Shown here in pieces: positions 1 through 13,148 of a stretch of DNA of 64,000 nucleotides. The translations under genes were made by a program, and so were the position numbers. The DNA is from the human T2T-CHM13v2.0 reference genome, Homo sapiens: the NCBI RefSeq assembly GCF_009914755.1, contig NC_060936.1, one strand, 5' to 3'. Below the pieces are notes generated by a model. The model made no database searches. It saw only the letters and a list, made by a program, of their open reading frames with translations, and had not been told where the DNA came from. Within the stretch, counting starts at the first letter, position 1. Each line of letters begins with the position of its first letter.

Positions 1-229
1 AACTTTCACAGTCAAGAATTAGGTTTTCCAAAAATATGGTACTCTTGTCTGCTACTTAGCTCATGGGCCCATCTTACCTTTTCAAGGAACCTTAGCCACA
101 TGTAACTTAAAATGCATACTCTTTTAAGCAAATTCAGTCCATCCAAGTCTTTTTCATTCCTTCTTCCCTGATGTGTCCCTGAATTAATCCTTGTTCCTGG
201 GGATATTGTTCTGATGTTATTGAGAGCAA

Positions 230-590
230 GTTCCTGAACCAGACCCTTGTGTCTGATGTTAACTCTATGTTAACTCTGTTATTACTTATCTGCCACAGGC
301 TGGTTGCTTAACCTTTTTATTTTTTGGTGCTTTTTCACCTGTAAAAAAGGGGGTAATAGCAGCTACTTTGAAGGATTACTGTGAAGAGTCAATAGATAAC
401 ATATGTAGATGGTCCGAAGGTAGTGAGTTATCTCAATTGATTATTCAGTCAATTACAGATCAAACTCCTTGTCCTACTCTTTCCCCATTTTCACTACTGC
501 ACTTGATGTCTTAACTTAAAAAAATAACATGTGAAAGCACTTAGTACAATGCTCTTTGCTTGTCAAGCCCTAAATGAGTGACATTTTTAT
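230..590 (+). mobile_element. MIR SINE, split by a Y1 RNA pseudogene
   Basis: MIR-like 'cacctgtaaaaaagggggtaatagcagctactttgaaggattactgtgaagagtcaatagataacatatgt' resumes after the insert as 'gaaagcacttagtacaatgct'. Confidence 0.65.
407..524 (+). pseudogene. RNY1P: Y1 RNA (hY1) retropseudogene with short A tail
   Basis: 'tggtccgaaggtagtgagttatctcaattgatt...acagatcaaactccttgtcctactctttcccc...tcactactgcacttga' matches hY1 over nearly its full length; A-run at 518-524; degenerate TSD ataacat(at)gt. Confidence 0.93.
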
Positions 591-944
591 TCTTATCTGT
601 ATATAGTATTCTCTGCTCTGCTGCAGCCACATAACTGTTGATTTTGCCTTTCGTCTTCATGAGATGCCACCAGCTCAGTCAGTAACTGCACACTTCCTTT
701 GTAGGTTTCAGAAATATTTTTGCAGTATTTACAGGCTGGGATGTTCCAGGATTCAGTGGCACAGACTTCCAGTCCAGCTTCCTGGACACTTCACTCCACC
801 ACTGCTTCTCTATCGCTCTGTCAGAAACATCCACTCTTCCCAGGCCAAACTCTACAAAGCAGGATGGAAATTCTAACCATGTTTTTCTGGGCCACCAGGA
901 CCTGACTTTCTAACTTTCAAACTAATATTTTCGATTGGAGCTTT

Positions 945-1088
945 TTATTTTTATTTTTTATTTATTTTATTTATTTTTTTTGAGACGGAGTCTTGCTCTG
1001 TCACCCAGCCTGGAGTGCAGTGGCACAATCTCATCTCACTGCAATCTCTGCCTCCTGGGACTACAGGCACCCACCACCACGCCCGGTT

Positions 1089-1120
<32 letters not shown>

Positions 1121-1248
1121 GTATTTTGTTGTAGAGATGGAGTTTCTCTGTGTTAGCGAGGCTAGTCTCGATCTCCTGACCTCGTGATCCACCTGCCTCG
1201 GCCTCCCAAAGTGCTGGGATTACAGGCGTGAGCCACTGCGCCCTGCTT
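945..1248 (-). mobile_element. AluY/AluSc-type element with ~40-bp internal deletion and expanded middle T tract
   Basis: Antisense Alu ('tcgatctcctgacctcgtgatcc'); TSD gatt(g/a)gagcttt at 933-944 and 1249-1260; junction 'gcctcctggg|actacagg' lacks the normal intervening segment; T29 at 1092-1120. Confidence 0.92.
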
Positions 1249-1964
1249 GATTAGAGCTTTTTAAAACTTCTGTTTGGAAATTCAATTCTAACTAGCGACT
1301 TCTGTTACTGTAGCTATCCTGTACATGGCAGTCACTGTATGTGGCCAGTGACACTCTGCATACATGCTGAGGGCTATAATAGTGGTAAGAAGGGTGGCAG
1401 GAAGAAACCTAGTAATATGGTCAAGGACTGTCTGCTCCCTAGTGGCAGCAGAAAAGTTAATCATTTACTTAACTTTAACTGTTACTAGCAACAGATTAAT
1501 TACGATGTATTGGAAAGTAATTGGTATCCACCATAGTGCCTTGTTGCCACAGTGAGCTGCTGCCTGTGACACTGGAGCTGCTTGTTACCAAACACAGGCA
1601 GAGATATGGAAACATCTGGAAGGTCCCTGAGGTACCATAGCTATTGAGGTGGCCCTGGTTATCTCTGGAAGCTGCAGCTGTCTCTTGATTCAGTCTAGAA
1701 AAACCGAAGTCCATGAGACAACAGGTTATCAGTTGAGTTTCGGCTCTGTTATGAACAACTCCATGGAACAATTTCTGAGTATTAGAGACGTAAACATCTT
1801 CCTGCATCTTCCTTTTATGGTGATTATCTCCTCTGCTAGTCCAGGAGCCTTTTGAGCAGTGGGACTTACTTACACCTTGACATTCCCTATAGACCCTCGC
1901 AGAATCTTAAAGGAAGCTGCTACAGACACCACCACCACTATATATGAAGAAACTATCCCAGACA

Positions 1965-2140
1965 CTGCTCCAGGGGCTCCACAATCATAATTCTATTTAA
2001 TCCTCATAGGCCACTCTAAGTTATATATTGCTTTCCTATTGATGGATAGAATGATTGAAGTTCTAAGTAGTTGTAAGGTTTGTGCAAGGGCACAAAGCAT
2101 GGGGCCAACATTCTACCCAAACCTGTGTTACTCTCACACC
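1965..2140 (-). mobile_element. MIR fragment
   Basis: 'atttaatcctcata...gattgaagttctaag...tttgtgcaagggcacaaagc' resembles the antisense MIR core. Confidence 0.5.
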
Positions 2141-3167
2141 TTATTTTCTGTCACTGCAATAAAATATCTCCTTCACATAACACCTCTCAGTGGTGGCTGT
2201 TTCTGAGCTTGTCTGCTTGCACTGTATCCATACACAAACCTGGTGGTTAGACTGTCTTTGGAGGGAATTTGAACACAAGAGAGTAGAAACAAGATTTGTG
2301 GCTATCAAGATAATAGAGGCAAGTAGTATTACCAAATATACAGTCCATTGCTTTAGAAATTTTGCAAAGAACAGTCAATAATAATTAGTTTTTACATACA
2401 TCTAGTGAAAATATGATAAAATGTTGTTCAAAATTTTATAGCTAGAGGTGAAAAGAATTCAGAGGAAGTTGTCTGAGTATTCCTAATGCTTTCAATCTAC
2501 AGCAGCCAAAGCCATATTTATTGTTTTCATAGAAAGTAAGAAGTTTGGGATCATAGTTACTAACTTTGGTCTGGAACTTCTGGCCTACGGCCTGTGTTTT
2601 AGAACTGCTAGATTGCATTGTACTCCAAAGAGGCATGTGACCAGTGAGCAAAACCAGATGGTGAAGTATGCAAGGCCTATCTTCTGCTGAACTCACTTCT
2701 CTCTTATGAAGCCCTCTGACCTCCCTGCCTGCCCCAGTTCTCAGTGCTCCGCTCCACACATCCAGGAGAAAACAAATCATTAGTGTTTTCAGAAAAATTT
2801 GTCTGTTAGACGTCTCTGAGACTTTATAACTACCCCAAAGGCAGAAACTCAAAATAATCTTTGGTGATACCGATGACTAATAGTGGTATTTCAACTTCTG
2901 TGTCTTCTGATTAAGGGAATTATTTTGGTGCCAAATTATACTCTGTAAGGGGCAAATTGTATTACTAAATCTGCCACTTGCCCTCTCCTCTCAGGTGGCT
3001 TTGCTTAGCACTACAAAGATGGTAGAAAAACAGTTTTCCAGTAGCCACATAAGAGACTATGCACAATTCCAGATTTGATTCCACACTAATATAGAGGTGG
3101 AAGAGTTGCTAATAGTAGAGCTCGATGAATGGAAAATTGCAAGGTGGTTTTTCGTTTAGGATGGGCT

Positions 3168-3227
3168 GCTGTTGACCTCGCTGCTGACCTTGCTGCTGAC
3201 CTCACTGCTGACCTTGCTGCTGACTTC
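3168..3227. repeat. 12-bp minisatellite, 5 copies of gctgctgacct(c/t)
   Basis: Units read directly: gctgttgacctc, gctgctgacctt, gctgctgacctc, actgctgacctt, gctgctgacttc. Confidence 0.95.
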
Positions 3228-3564
3228 ACCGTTTCTCCCAATATATGTCAGCTGAGTGGACTTTTGGCTGCCGGACATGAAGAAATCATATAATCAATTA
3301 AGCAATCAATCAACAAATATATAGTGGACTTCTGCAATTTGCAAGGCTCTGTGGCAAATTGTACAAGGTATGCAAAGATGACTTATAAGCAATATTCCTG
3401 TTTTTAAGTAGTATGTGACAACTACCAAATGAAGAGTGTACATGATATATATTACAGGAGTCAGAGGAGAAAGCTACTCCTGTGGCTGAAGTTCTAGAGA
3501 AAGTTTTGTTTTTTAGCAGCATTTGCCATATAGAGTAATATTATAGGAAAATAACATAATTTTT

Positions 3565-3830
3565 AAACTGAATACTTTCTTCATGCCAGGCACTGTGTTA
3601 AGCTGTTTACACAAATAGTATGCGGAATACTTAGATGAGTACATGGCACGTGGTAAATGCTCAATAAGTATTACTTTTTGTTTTTAATCATTGCATTAAT
3701 CCTTCCATACCCTTTTAGTAGGAGCTATTATTTCCCACATACTATAGTTGACAAAATGGAGGCAAATTAAGGTTATATGACTTGTATAAGCTAGTAAGTG
3801 TGAACATAGATACTGACTCCAGAGTCAATA
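3565..3830 (-). mobile_element. MIR fragments
   Basis: 'atgccaggcactgtgttaagc', 'ctattatttcccac', 'aaatggaggc...aaggttatatgacttg...agctagtaagtg'. Confidence 0.55.
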
Positions 3831-4179
3831 AGGTTGGTAAGTAAGGCAGAAGCTGGGGGCTGGGGTTGGGGTTTACACCCAAGGAGCACCAGGGGCATAT
3901 GAATAGAAGTCATAACGTTCTAATCCTGTTCAGGAGGTCAGAAAGTTAACTAGGGTAGAGAACAGGATGAAAAGCTATGAGAGGTCTGCCTAGAAAAATA
4001 ATTGAGAATGAATTATGATGGATTTCAATATTGACTGGGAAGGATATTTTCAAAATCTGCTTATCTTACACGTACTAGAGAGCCGATGGTATTTATACAC
4101 ACACACGCACCTGTGTGCAGGCACATGCGCTGACATAAAGGAAAGGACGTTTTTGTGAAGATTAAGCTAGGGATATTAT

Positions 4180-4435
4180 CAGAGCTAAGTTATCCATTAA
4201 GCACAGTAGGCACAGTCTCTAGAGCCCAAAGTACATTTAGCACATTTCAAATGTTTTATAATATTTTAAGTGAGAAGGACAAATGAATATAATCATAATA
4301 ATTAATACTTAATAATGAATACAGACTAGATTATGTTTATCTTTATAGCAATAGAATCATAAAATTTAATTTTTAATTTTTTTCCTGGACAGGGGAAAAG
4401 TGTTTGTGGCCCACAGAAATCATGCTGCAGCCCTG
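4180..4435. mobile_element. hAT-Tip100-like non-autonomous DNA transposon fossil
   Basis: Termini cagagct.../...agccctg (CAGGGC-type TIR); 'aagcacagtaggcacagt...agagccca' subterminal motif; TSD not clear. Confidence 0.4.
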
Positions 4436-4717
4436 GGTGATATGCTGAGACATCTGGGGGAGGAAATGACTAGGCATAAGTAAAACAGGGAACTACTAAA
4501 ATCCTTATGCATGCAGGCTTTGACTAAGTTTGTGACCATGACAGTGTAAAATGAAAGCCAAAAGCACTGCAAATAAAAAGCGTAGAAAAGTTAACTGCCT
4601 CTGTATGTATGGGCGTTTGGTGGAATGTGAGATTATGAGTTACATCTGGGGACACAAAATGTAAATTTGATTCAAGATAGTGGGCAACTATATGCATTTA
4701 CTTTCTTTGCATTTCAA

Positions 4718-5658
<941 letters not shown>

Positions 5659-6229
5659 TTTCTTGAAACAACAGAAGAGATATATTTTTCAAAATCTACC
5701 ATACTGCTTAAAAGTAAAAGGCTGAAGCAGCAGACTAGAGAAAGTTCAGGACTCTGACTGACAAAGAAAAAATCAAAGCTGAGAAACCTGAAATAAGCAC
5801 AGGGAGAGTTGCAGAATTCATGTCAGACTAAAGGAGCCTAAGAATAGAAACTCGTCATAGGACGAGGAGTGTAATAATTCGTTTAAAGGATTGTGGAAAA
5901 CTAGATCAGTTCTATGTAGGGCAGCTGGCTGAAATGTTTGCCTCTGAGTATAAACCTAATGATAGCTTTCAAAACAAAGCAGAAAATCTGCTGGGCTAAG
6001 ACAGTTGGTAAAATCTCAACATGACCTTGGTGCTAAAAACAAAATGATGCAGATCCTGGGTGACTTTAAACCCACACAGATATGGAATAAGGGCGGGAGA
6101 GAATAAATGGCTCAACACTGCAGTGAAATACACTGTAATGTTCTATTTCCTTTCATATCTCAGCATATGAGAGAAGTCCTGCCTTCCTTGCCAGCTTTCT
6201 GCCCATGAGCCCATCAGCCAGCATAATAT

Positions 6230-6630
6230 TGCCCTTTCAACTTCAGAGTCTAACCAGATTTCTCATTATTTTGGGGGATGGGCTGGTAAAGAATCAGACA
6301 TATAAAACTTCTAAGAAAACCCATGTAGGTAACTAATCAACCCAGTCTTCCATTTGCAAATCTATAAGAACAAAATAACTTAGGAAAAGGCAACAGCATT
6401 AAAGAAAATCCAATAGAACAGCTCAGCTATAGAAAATTTAAACATTTTAATTCATTCTTAGACAGACTGAAGAGGCTTTAAAAGCCATGAGTCAAGTACA
6501 AGCTGCCAGGAAAAAAAGATACAATAAGAGAATTTAAAGTAGAGTTCTTAGAAAATAAAATATGATTGCCAAAAAAAAATAAGTACACAACACATACATA
6601 TACATATAGGTGAAAAAACAACTGATAGAG
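6230..6630 (+). mobile_element. Ancient L1M/HAL1-like ORF1 region, left piece
   Basis: A-rich degenerate ORF1-like text ('gagttcttagaaaataaaatatgattgcc') that continues at 13149 across the L1PA7 TSD. Confidence 0.5.
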
Positions 6631-7967
6631 AATTCTCAGGCAAGATGGCCGAATAGGAACAGCTTTGGTCTGCAGCTCCCAGTGAAAACCAACGCAGAAG
6701 GCAGGTGATTTCTGCATTTCCAACTGAGGTACCTGGTTCATCTCACTGGGACTGGTTAGACAGTGGGTGCAGCCCACAGAGGGCGAGCAGAAGCCAGGTG
6801 GGGCATTGACTCACCTGGGAAGCACAAGAGGTTGGTGAACCCCCTCCCCTAGCCAAGGGAAATCATGAGGGATTGTGCCATGAGGAACTGTGCTATCTGG
6901 CCCAGACACTGTGCTTTTTCCATGGTCTTTGCAACTCACACACCAGGAGATTCCCTCAGGTGCCTACACCACCATGGCCTTGGGTTTCAAGCACAAAACT
7001 GATGGCTGTTTGGGCAGACACCGAGCTAGCTGCAGGAGGTTTTTTTTATATCCCAGTGGTTCCTGAAATGCCAGTGAAACAGAACCGTTCACTCCCCCTG
7101 GAAATGGGGCTAAAGCCAGGGAGCCAAGTGGTCTTGCTCAGTGGATCCCACCCCCATGGACCCCAGGAAGCTAAGATCCACTGGCTTGAAATTCTCACTG
7201 ACAGCACAGCAGTCTGAAGTCAACCTGGGATGCATGAGCTTGGTGGGGGTAGGGGCATCCACCATTATTGAGGCTTGAGTATGTGGTTTTCCCCTCAAAG
7301 TGTAGACAAAGCCACCAGGAAGTTCAAACTGGGTGGAGCACACTCTAGTACCTCAAAGCCACTGTAGCCAGACTGCCTCTCTAGATTGCTCCTCTCTGGG
7401 CAGGGCATCTCTGAAAGAAAGGGAGTAGCCCCAGTCAGAGGCTTATAGATAAAACTCCCATCTCCCTGGGACAGAGCACCTAGGGAAAGGGGCGGCTGTG
7501 GGCACAGCTTCAGCAGGCTAAACGTTCCTGCCTGCCAGCTCTGAAGAGGGCAGCGGATCTCCCAGCACAGTGCTTGAGCTCTGCTAAGAGACAGACTGCC
7601 TTCTCAAGGCAGTCTTGACCCCCAGGCCTCCTGACTGGGAGACACCTCCCGGGAGGGGTCAACAGACACCTCATACAGGAGAGCTCCGGCTGGCATCTGG
7701 CAGGTGTCCCTCTGGGACAAAGCTTCCAAAGGAAGGAGCAGGCAGCAATCTTTGCTGTTCTGCAGCCTCTGCTGGTGATACCCAGGCAAACAGGGTCTGG
7801 AGTGGACCTTCTGCAAACTCCAGCAGACCTGCAAAAGAGGGTCCTGTTAGAAAGAAAACTAACAAACAGAAAGCAATAGAATCAACATCAACGAAAAGGA
7901 TGACCACGCAAAAACTCCATCTGAACATCACCAACAGCAAAGACCACAGGTAGATAAATCCAGGAAG

Positions 7968-8991
7968 ATGAGGAAAAACCAGCACAAAAAGGCTGAAAAT
8001 TCCAAAAACCAGAGTATGCCTATTTTCCTCCAAAGGATCACAACTCCTTGCCAGCAAGGGAACAAAACTGAATGGAGAATGAGTTTGACGAATTGACAGA
8101 AGTAGGCTTCAGAAGGTGGGTAATAACAAACTCAGAGTTAAAGGAGCCTGTTCTAACCAAAGGCAAGGAAGCTAAGAACCTTGATAAAAGGTTAGAGGAA
8201 TTCCTAACTAGAATAACCAGTTTAGAGAAGAACATAAATGACCTGATGGAGCTGAAAAACACAGCACAAGAACTTGGTGAAACATACACAAGTATCAATA
8301 GCTGAATCAATCAAACAGAAGAAAGGATATCAAAGATTGAAGATCAACTTAATGAAATAAAGCAGGAAGACAAGATTAGAGAAAAAAGAATGAAAAGGAA
8401 TGAACAAAGCCTCCAAGAAATATGACATTATGTGAAAAGACCAAATCTACGTTTGGTTGGTGTACCTGAAAGTGACAGGGAGAATGGAACCAAGTTGGAA
8501 AACACTCTTCAGGATATTATCCAGGAGAACTTCCCCAACCTAGCAAGACAGGCCAACATTCAAATTCAGGAAATACAGGGAACACCAGAAAGATACTCCT
8601 CAAGAAGAGCAACCCCAAGACACATAATTCTCAGATTCACCAAGGTTGAAATGAAGGAAAAAATGTTAAGGGCAGCCAAAGAGAAAGGTTGAATTACCCA
8701 CAAAGGGAAGCCCATCAGACTAGCAGCAGATCTCTCTGCAGAAACCCTACAAGCCAGAAGAGAGTGGGGCCAATATTCAACATTCTTAAAGAAAATAATT
8801 TTCAGCCCAAAATTTCATATCCAGACAAACTAAGCTTCATAAGCGAAGGAGAAATGAAATCCTTTACAGAAAAGCAAATGCTGAGAGATTTTGTCACCAC
8901 CAGGCCTGCCCTACAAGAGCTCCTGAAGGAAGCACTAAACATGGAAAGGAACAACCGTTACCAGCCACTGCAAAAACATACCAAATTGTAA
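7968..8991 (+). pseudogene. L1 ORF1p, disrupted
   Basis: Fragments MENEFDELTE, KRPNLRLVGVPE...ENFPNLARQ, RPALQELLKEAL, separated by stops and frameshifts. Confidence 0.9.
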
Positions 8992-9054
8992 AGACAATCC
9001 ACGCTATGAAGAAACTGCATCAACTAATGGGCAAAATAACCTGCTAACATCATA

Positions 9055-12000
9055 ATGACAGGATCAAATTCACACATAACAATATTAACCTTAAATGTAA
9101 ACAGGCTGAATGCCCCAATTAAAAGACACACACTTGTAAATTGGCTAAAGAGTCAAGACCCATTGGTGTGCTGTATTCAAGAGACCCATCTCACGTGCAA
9201 AGACAAACATAGGCTCAAAATAAAGGGATGGAGGAAGATTTACCAAGCAAATGGAAAAGAACAACAAAAAAAGGGGTTGCAATCCTTGTCTCTGATAAAA
9301 CAGACTTAAACCAACAAAGATCAAAAAAGACAAAGAAGGGCATTACATAATGGTAAAGGGATCAATGCAATAAGAAGAACTAACTATTCGAAATATATAT
9401 GCACCCAATACAGGAGCACCCAGATTCATAAAGCAAGTTCTTAGAGACCTACAAAAAGACTTAGACTCCCACACAATAATAGTGGGAGACTTTAACACCC
9501 CACTGTCAATATTAGACAGAACAACGAAATGGAAAATTAACAAGGATATTCAGGACCTGATCTCAGCTCTGGACCATGCAAACCTAATAGACATATGCAG
9601 AACTCTCCACCCCAAATCAACAGACTATACATTCTTCTCAGTAAACATTGCACTTATTCTGAAATTGACCACATAATTGGAAGTAAAACACTCTTCAGCA
9701 AATGCAAAAGAACAGAAATCATAACAGTCTTTCAGGCCACAGTGCAATCAAATTAGAGTTCAGGATTAAGAAACTCACTCAAAACCACACAACTACATGG
9801 AAACTGAACAACCTGCTCCTGAATGACTACTGGGTAAATAAAAAAATTAAGGCAGAAATAAATAAGTTATTTGAACCCAGTGAGAACAAAGACACAACGT
9901 ACCAAAATCTCTGGGACACATCTAAAGCAGTGCTTAGAGAGAAATTTATAGCACTAAATGCCCATAGGAGAAAGTGGAAAAGACCTAAAATCGACAACCT
10001 AACATCACAATTAAAAGATCTAGAGAAGCAACAGCAAACAAATTCAAAAGCTAGCAGAAGACAAGAAATAATTAAGATCAGAGCAGAACTGAAGGAGATA
10101 GAGACACAAAAAAACCTTTAAAAAGTCAATAAATCCAGGAGGTGGTTTTTTGAACAGCTTAACAAAATAGATAGACCACTATCCAGACTACTAAAGAAGA
10201 AATGAAAAAAGAATCAAATAGACACAATAAAAGGGGAGATCACCACTGATCCCACAGAAATAAAAACTATCATCAGGTGCTATAAACACCTCTATGCAAA
10301 TAAACTAGAAAATCTAGAAGAAATGAATAAATTCCTGGACACATACACCTTCCCAAGACTAAACTAGGAAGAAGTCAAATCCCTGAATAGACCAATAACA
10401 AGTTCTGAAATTGAAGCAGTAATTAATAGCCTACCAACCAAGAAAAGCCCCAGACCAGACAGATTGACAGCCGAATCCTACCAGAGGTACAAAGAGGAGC
10501 TTGTACTATTCCTTCTAAATCTATTCCAAACAATAGAAAAAGAATGTCTCCTACCTAACTCATTTTATGAGGTCAGCATTATCCTGATAACAAAGCCTAG
10601 CATGGACACAACGACAACAACAACAAAATTTCAGGCCAATATACCTGATGAATACTGATGCAAAAACCCTCTCAATAAAATACTGGCAAACCAAATCCAG
10701 CAGCACATCAAAAAGCTTATCCATGATGATCAAGTTGGCTTCATCCCTGGGATGCAAGGCTGGTTCAACATAAGCAAATCAATAATCATAATCCATCATC
10801 ACATAAACAGAACCAATGATAAAAACCACATGATTATCTCAATAGATGCAGAAAAGGCCTTTGATAGAATTCAACACCCCTTCATGCAAAAAACACTCAA
10901 TAAGCTAACCATTGATGTAACACATCTCAAATTAATCAGAGTTATTTATGACAAACCCACAGCCGATATCATACTGAATGGGCAAAAGCTGGAAGCATTC
11001 CCTTTGAAAATTGGCACAAGATAAGGATGCCCTCTCTCACTACTCCTATTCAACATAGTATTGGAAGTTCTGGCCAGGGCAATCAGGCAAGCAAAAAAAA
11101 TAAAGAGTGTTCAAATAGGAAGAGAAGAAGTCAAATTGTCTGTTTGCAGATAAGATGATTGTATATTTAGAAAACCCCATTGTCTCAACCCAAAAACTCC
11201 TTAAGCTGATAAGCAACTTCAGCAAAGTATCAGGACACAAAATCAATGTGCAAAATTCACACATATTCCTATACACCAATAATAGACAGAGAGCCAAATC
11301 ATGAGTGAACTCTCGTTCACAATTGCTACAATGAGAACAGAATACCTGGGAATACAACTTAGAAGGGATGTGAAGTACCTCTTCGAGGAGAACTACAAAC
11401 CACTGCTCAAGGAAATAAGAGAGGACACAAACGAGTGGAAAAACATTCCATGCTCGTGGATAGGAAGAATCAACATCATGAAAATGGCCATACTGCACAA
11501 AGTAATTTATAGATTCAATGCTATTTCCATCAAGCTACCATTGACTTTCTTCACAGAATTTGAAAAAAACTACTTTAAATTTCATATGGAACCAAAAAAG
11601 AGCCTGTATAGCCAAGACAATCCTAAGCAAAAACAACCAAGCTGGAGGCATCACGCTACCTGACTTCAAACTATACTACAAGGCTACAGTAACCAAAACA
11701 GCATGGTACTGGTACCAAAAAATATATGTATAGACCAATAAAACAGAACAGAGGCCTCAGGAATAACACCACACATCTACAACCATCTGTTCTTTGACAA
11801 ACCTGACAGAAATAATTAATGGGGAAACATTCTCTATTTAATAAATGGTGTTGGGAAAACTGGCTAGCCGTATGCAGAAAACTGAAACTGGACCCCTTCC
11901 TTACACTTATACAAAATACTTTATACAAAATTAATTCAAGATGGATTAAAGACTTAAACATAAGACCTAAAACCATAACAACCCTAGAAGAAAACCTAGG

Positions 12001-12878
12001 CAATACCATTCAGGACATAGGCATAGGCAAAGACTTCATGACTAAAACACCAAAAGCAATGGCAACAAAAGTCAAAATCAGCAAATGGGATCTAATTAAA
12101 CTAAAGAACTTCTGCACAGCGAAAGAAACTATCATCAGAGTGAACAGGCAACCTGCAGAATGGGAGAATATTTTTGCAATCTGTGCATCTGACAAAGGAC
12201 TAATATCCAGAATCTACAAGGAAATTAAACAAATTTACAAGAAAAAAAAAAACCCATCAGAAAGTGGACAAAGTATATTAACAGACACTTTTCAAAAGAA
12301 GACATTTATGCAACCAACAAACATATTTTAAAAAGCTCATCATCACTGGTCATTTGAGAAATGCAAATCAAAACCGCAATGGGATACCATCTCACACCAT
12401 TTAGAATGGTGATCATTAAAAAGTCAGAAAACAACAGATGCTGGAGAAGATGTGGAGAAATAGGAATGCTTTTACACTGTTGGTGGGAGTGTAAATTAGT
12501 TCAATCATTGTAGAAGACAGTGTAGCAATTCCTTAAGTATCTAGGCCTGAAATACCATTTGACCTGGCAATCCCATTACTTGGTATATATCCAAATGATT
12601 ATAAATTATTGTGCTATAAAGACACATGCACACATGTGTTTATTGCGGCACTATTCACAATAGCAAAGACTTGGAACCAATCCAAATGCCCATCAATCTT
12701 AGACTGGATAAAGAAAATGTGACACATATACACCATGGAATGCTATGCAGCCATAAGAAAGGATGAGTTCCTGTCCTTTGCAGGGGCATGGATGAAGCTG
12801 TAAACTATTATTCTCAGCAAACTAACACAGGAACAGAAAACCAAACACCGCATATTCACACTCATAAGTGGGAGTTGA
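9055..12878 (+). pseudogene. L1 ORF2p (endonuclease/reverse transcriptase), disrupted
   Basis: MTGSNSHITILTLNVN...CCIQETHL, GDFNTPLS, QGWFNI...SIDAEKAFD; RT 'FADDM' site reads gcagataagatg; many stops. Confidence 0.9.
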
Positions 12879-13148
12879 ACAATGAGAACACATGGGCACA
12901 TGGAGGGAAACATCACACACTGGGGCCTGTCGGGGGGTGGAAGACAAGGGGAGGGATAGCATTAGGAGAAATATCTAATGTAGATGACCGGTTGATGGGT
13001 GCAGCAAACCACCATGGCACATGTATACCTATGTAACAATCCTGTCTGTTCTTCACATGTATCCCAGAACTTAAAGTATAATTTAAAAAAAGAAAACCTT
13101 ATATCAAAGGCAAAAACAAACAAACAAACAAACAAAAACCAAAAACAA

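Larger units (their letters stand above)
6631..13148 (+). mobile_element. Full-length L1PA7-type LINE-1, inactive
   Basis: 5'UTR starts 'caagatggccgaataggaacagct' with the L1PA7/8-type body; 3'UTR 'tagatgaccggttgatgggtgcagcaaaccaccatggc'; A/CAAA tail; TSD aactgatagag at 6620-6630 and 13149-13159. Confidence 0.93.

Noticed and set aside
1496-1855. ORFs of 103 and 68 aa in unique sequence
   Set aside because: No recognisable domain, exon structure or processed-pseudogene hallmarks; lengths are within chance expectation.
2442-2852. 136-aa minus-strand ORF
   Set aside because: Non-ATG start, no recognisable homology.
3160-3255. Leu-rich hydrophobic peptide (LLLTSLLTLLL...) as a signal or transmembrane micropeptide
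   Set aside because: Simply a translation of the 12-bp repeat; no in-frame ATG directly upstream and an early stop.
7968-12878. Many 60-170 aa ORFs with endonuclease/RT motifs as a novel retroelement or host gene
   Set aside because: They are frameshifted pieces of ordinary L1 ORF1/ORF2. The same holds for 31255-36311, 45847-48130 and 52000-56590. No intact ORF2 exists in the window.
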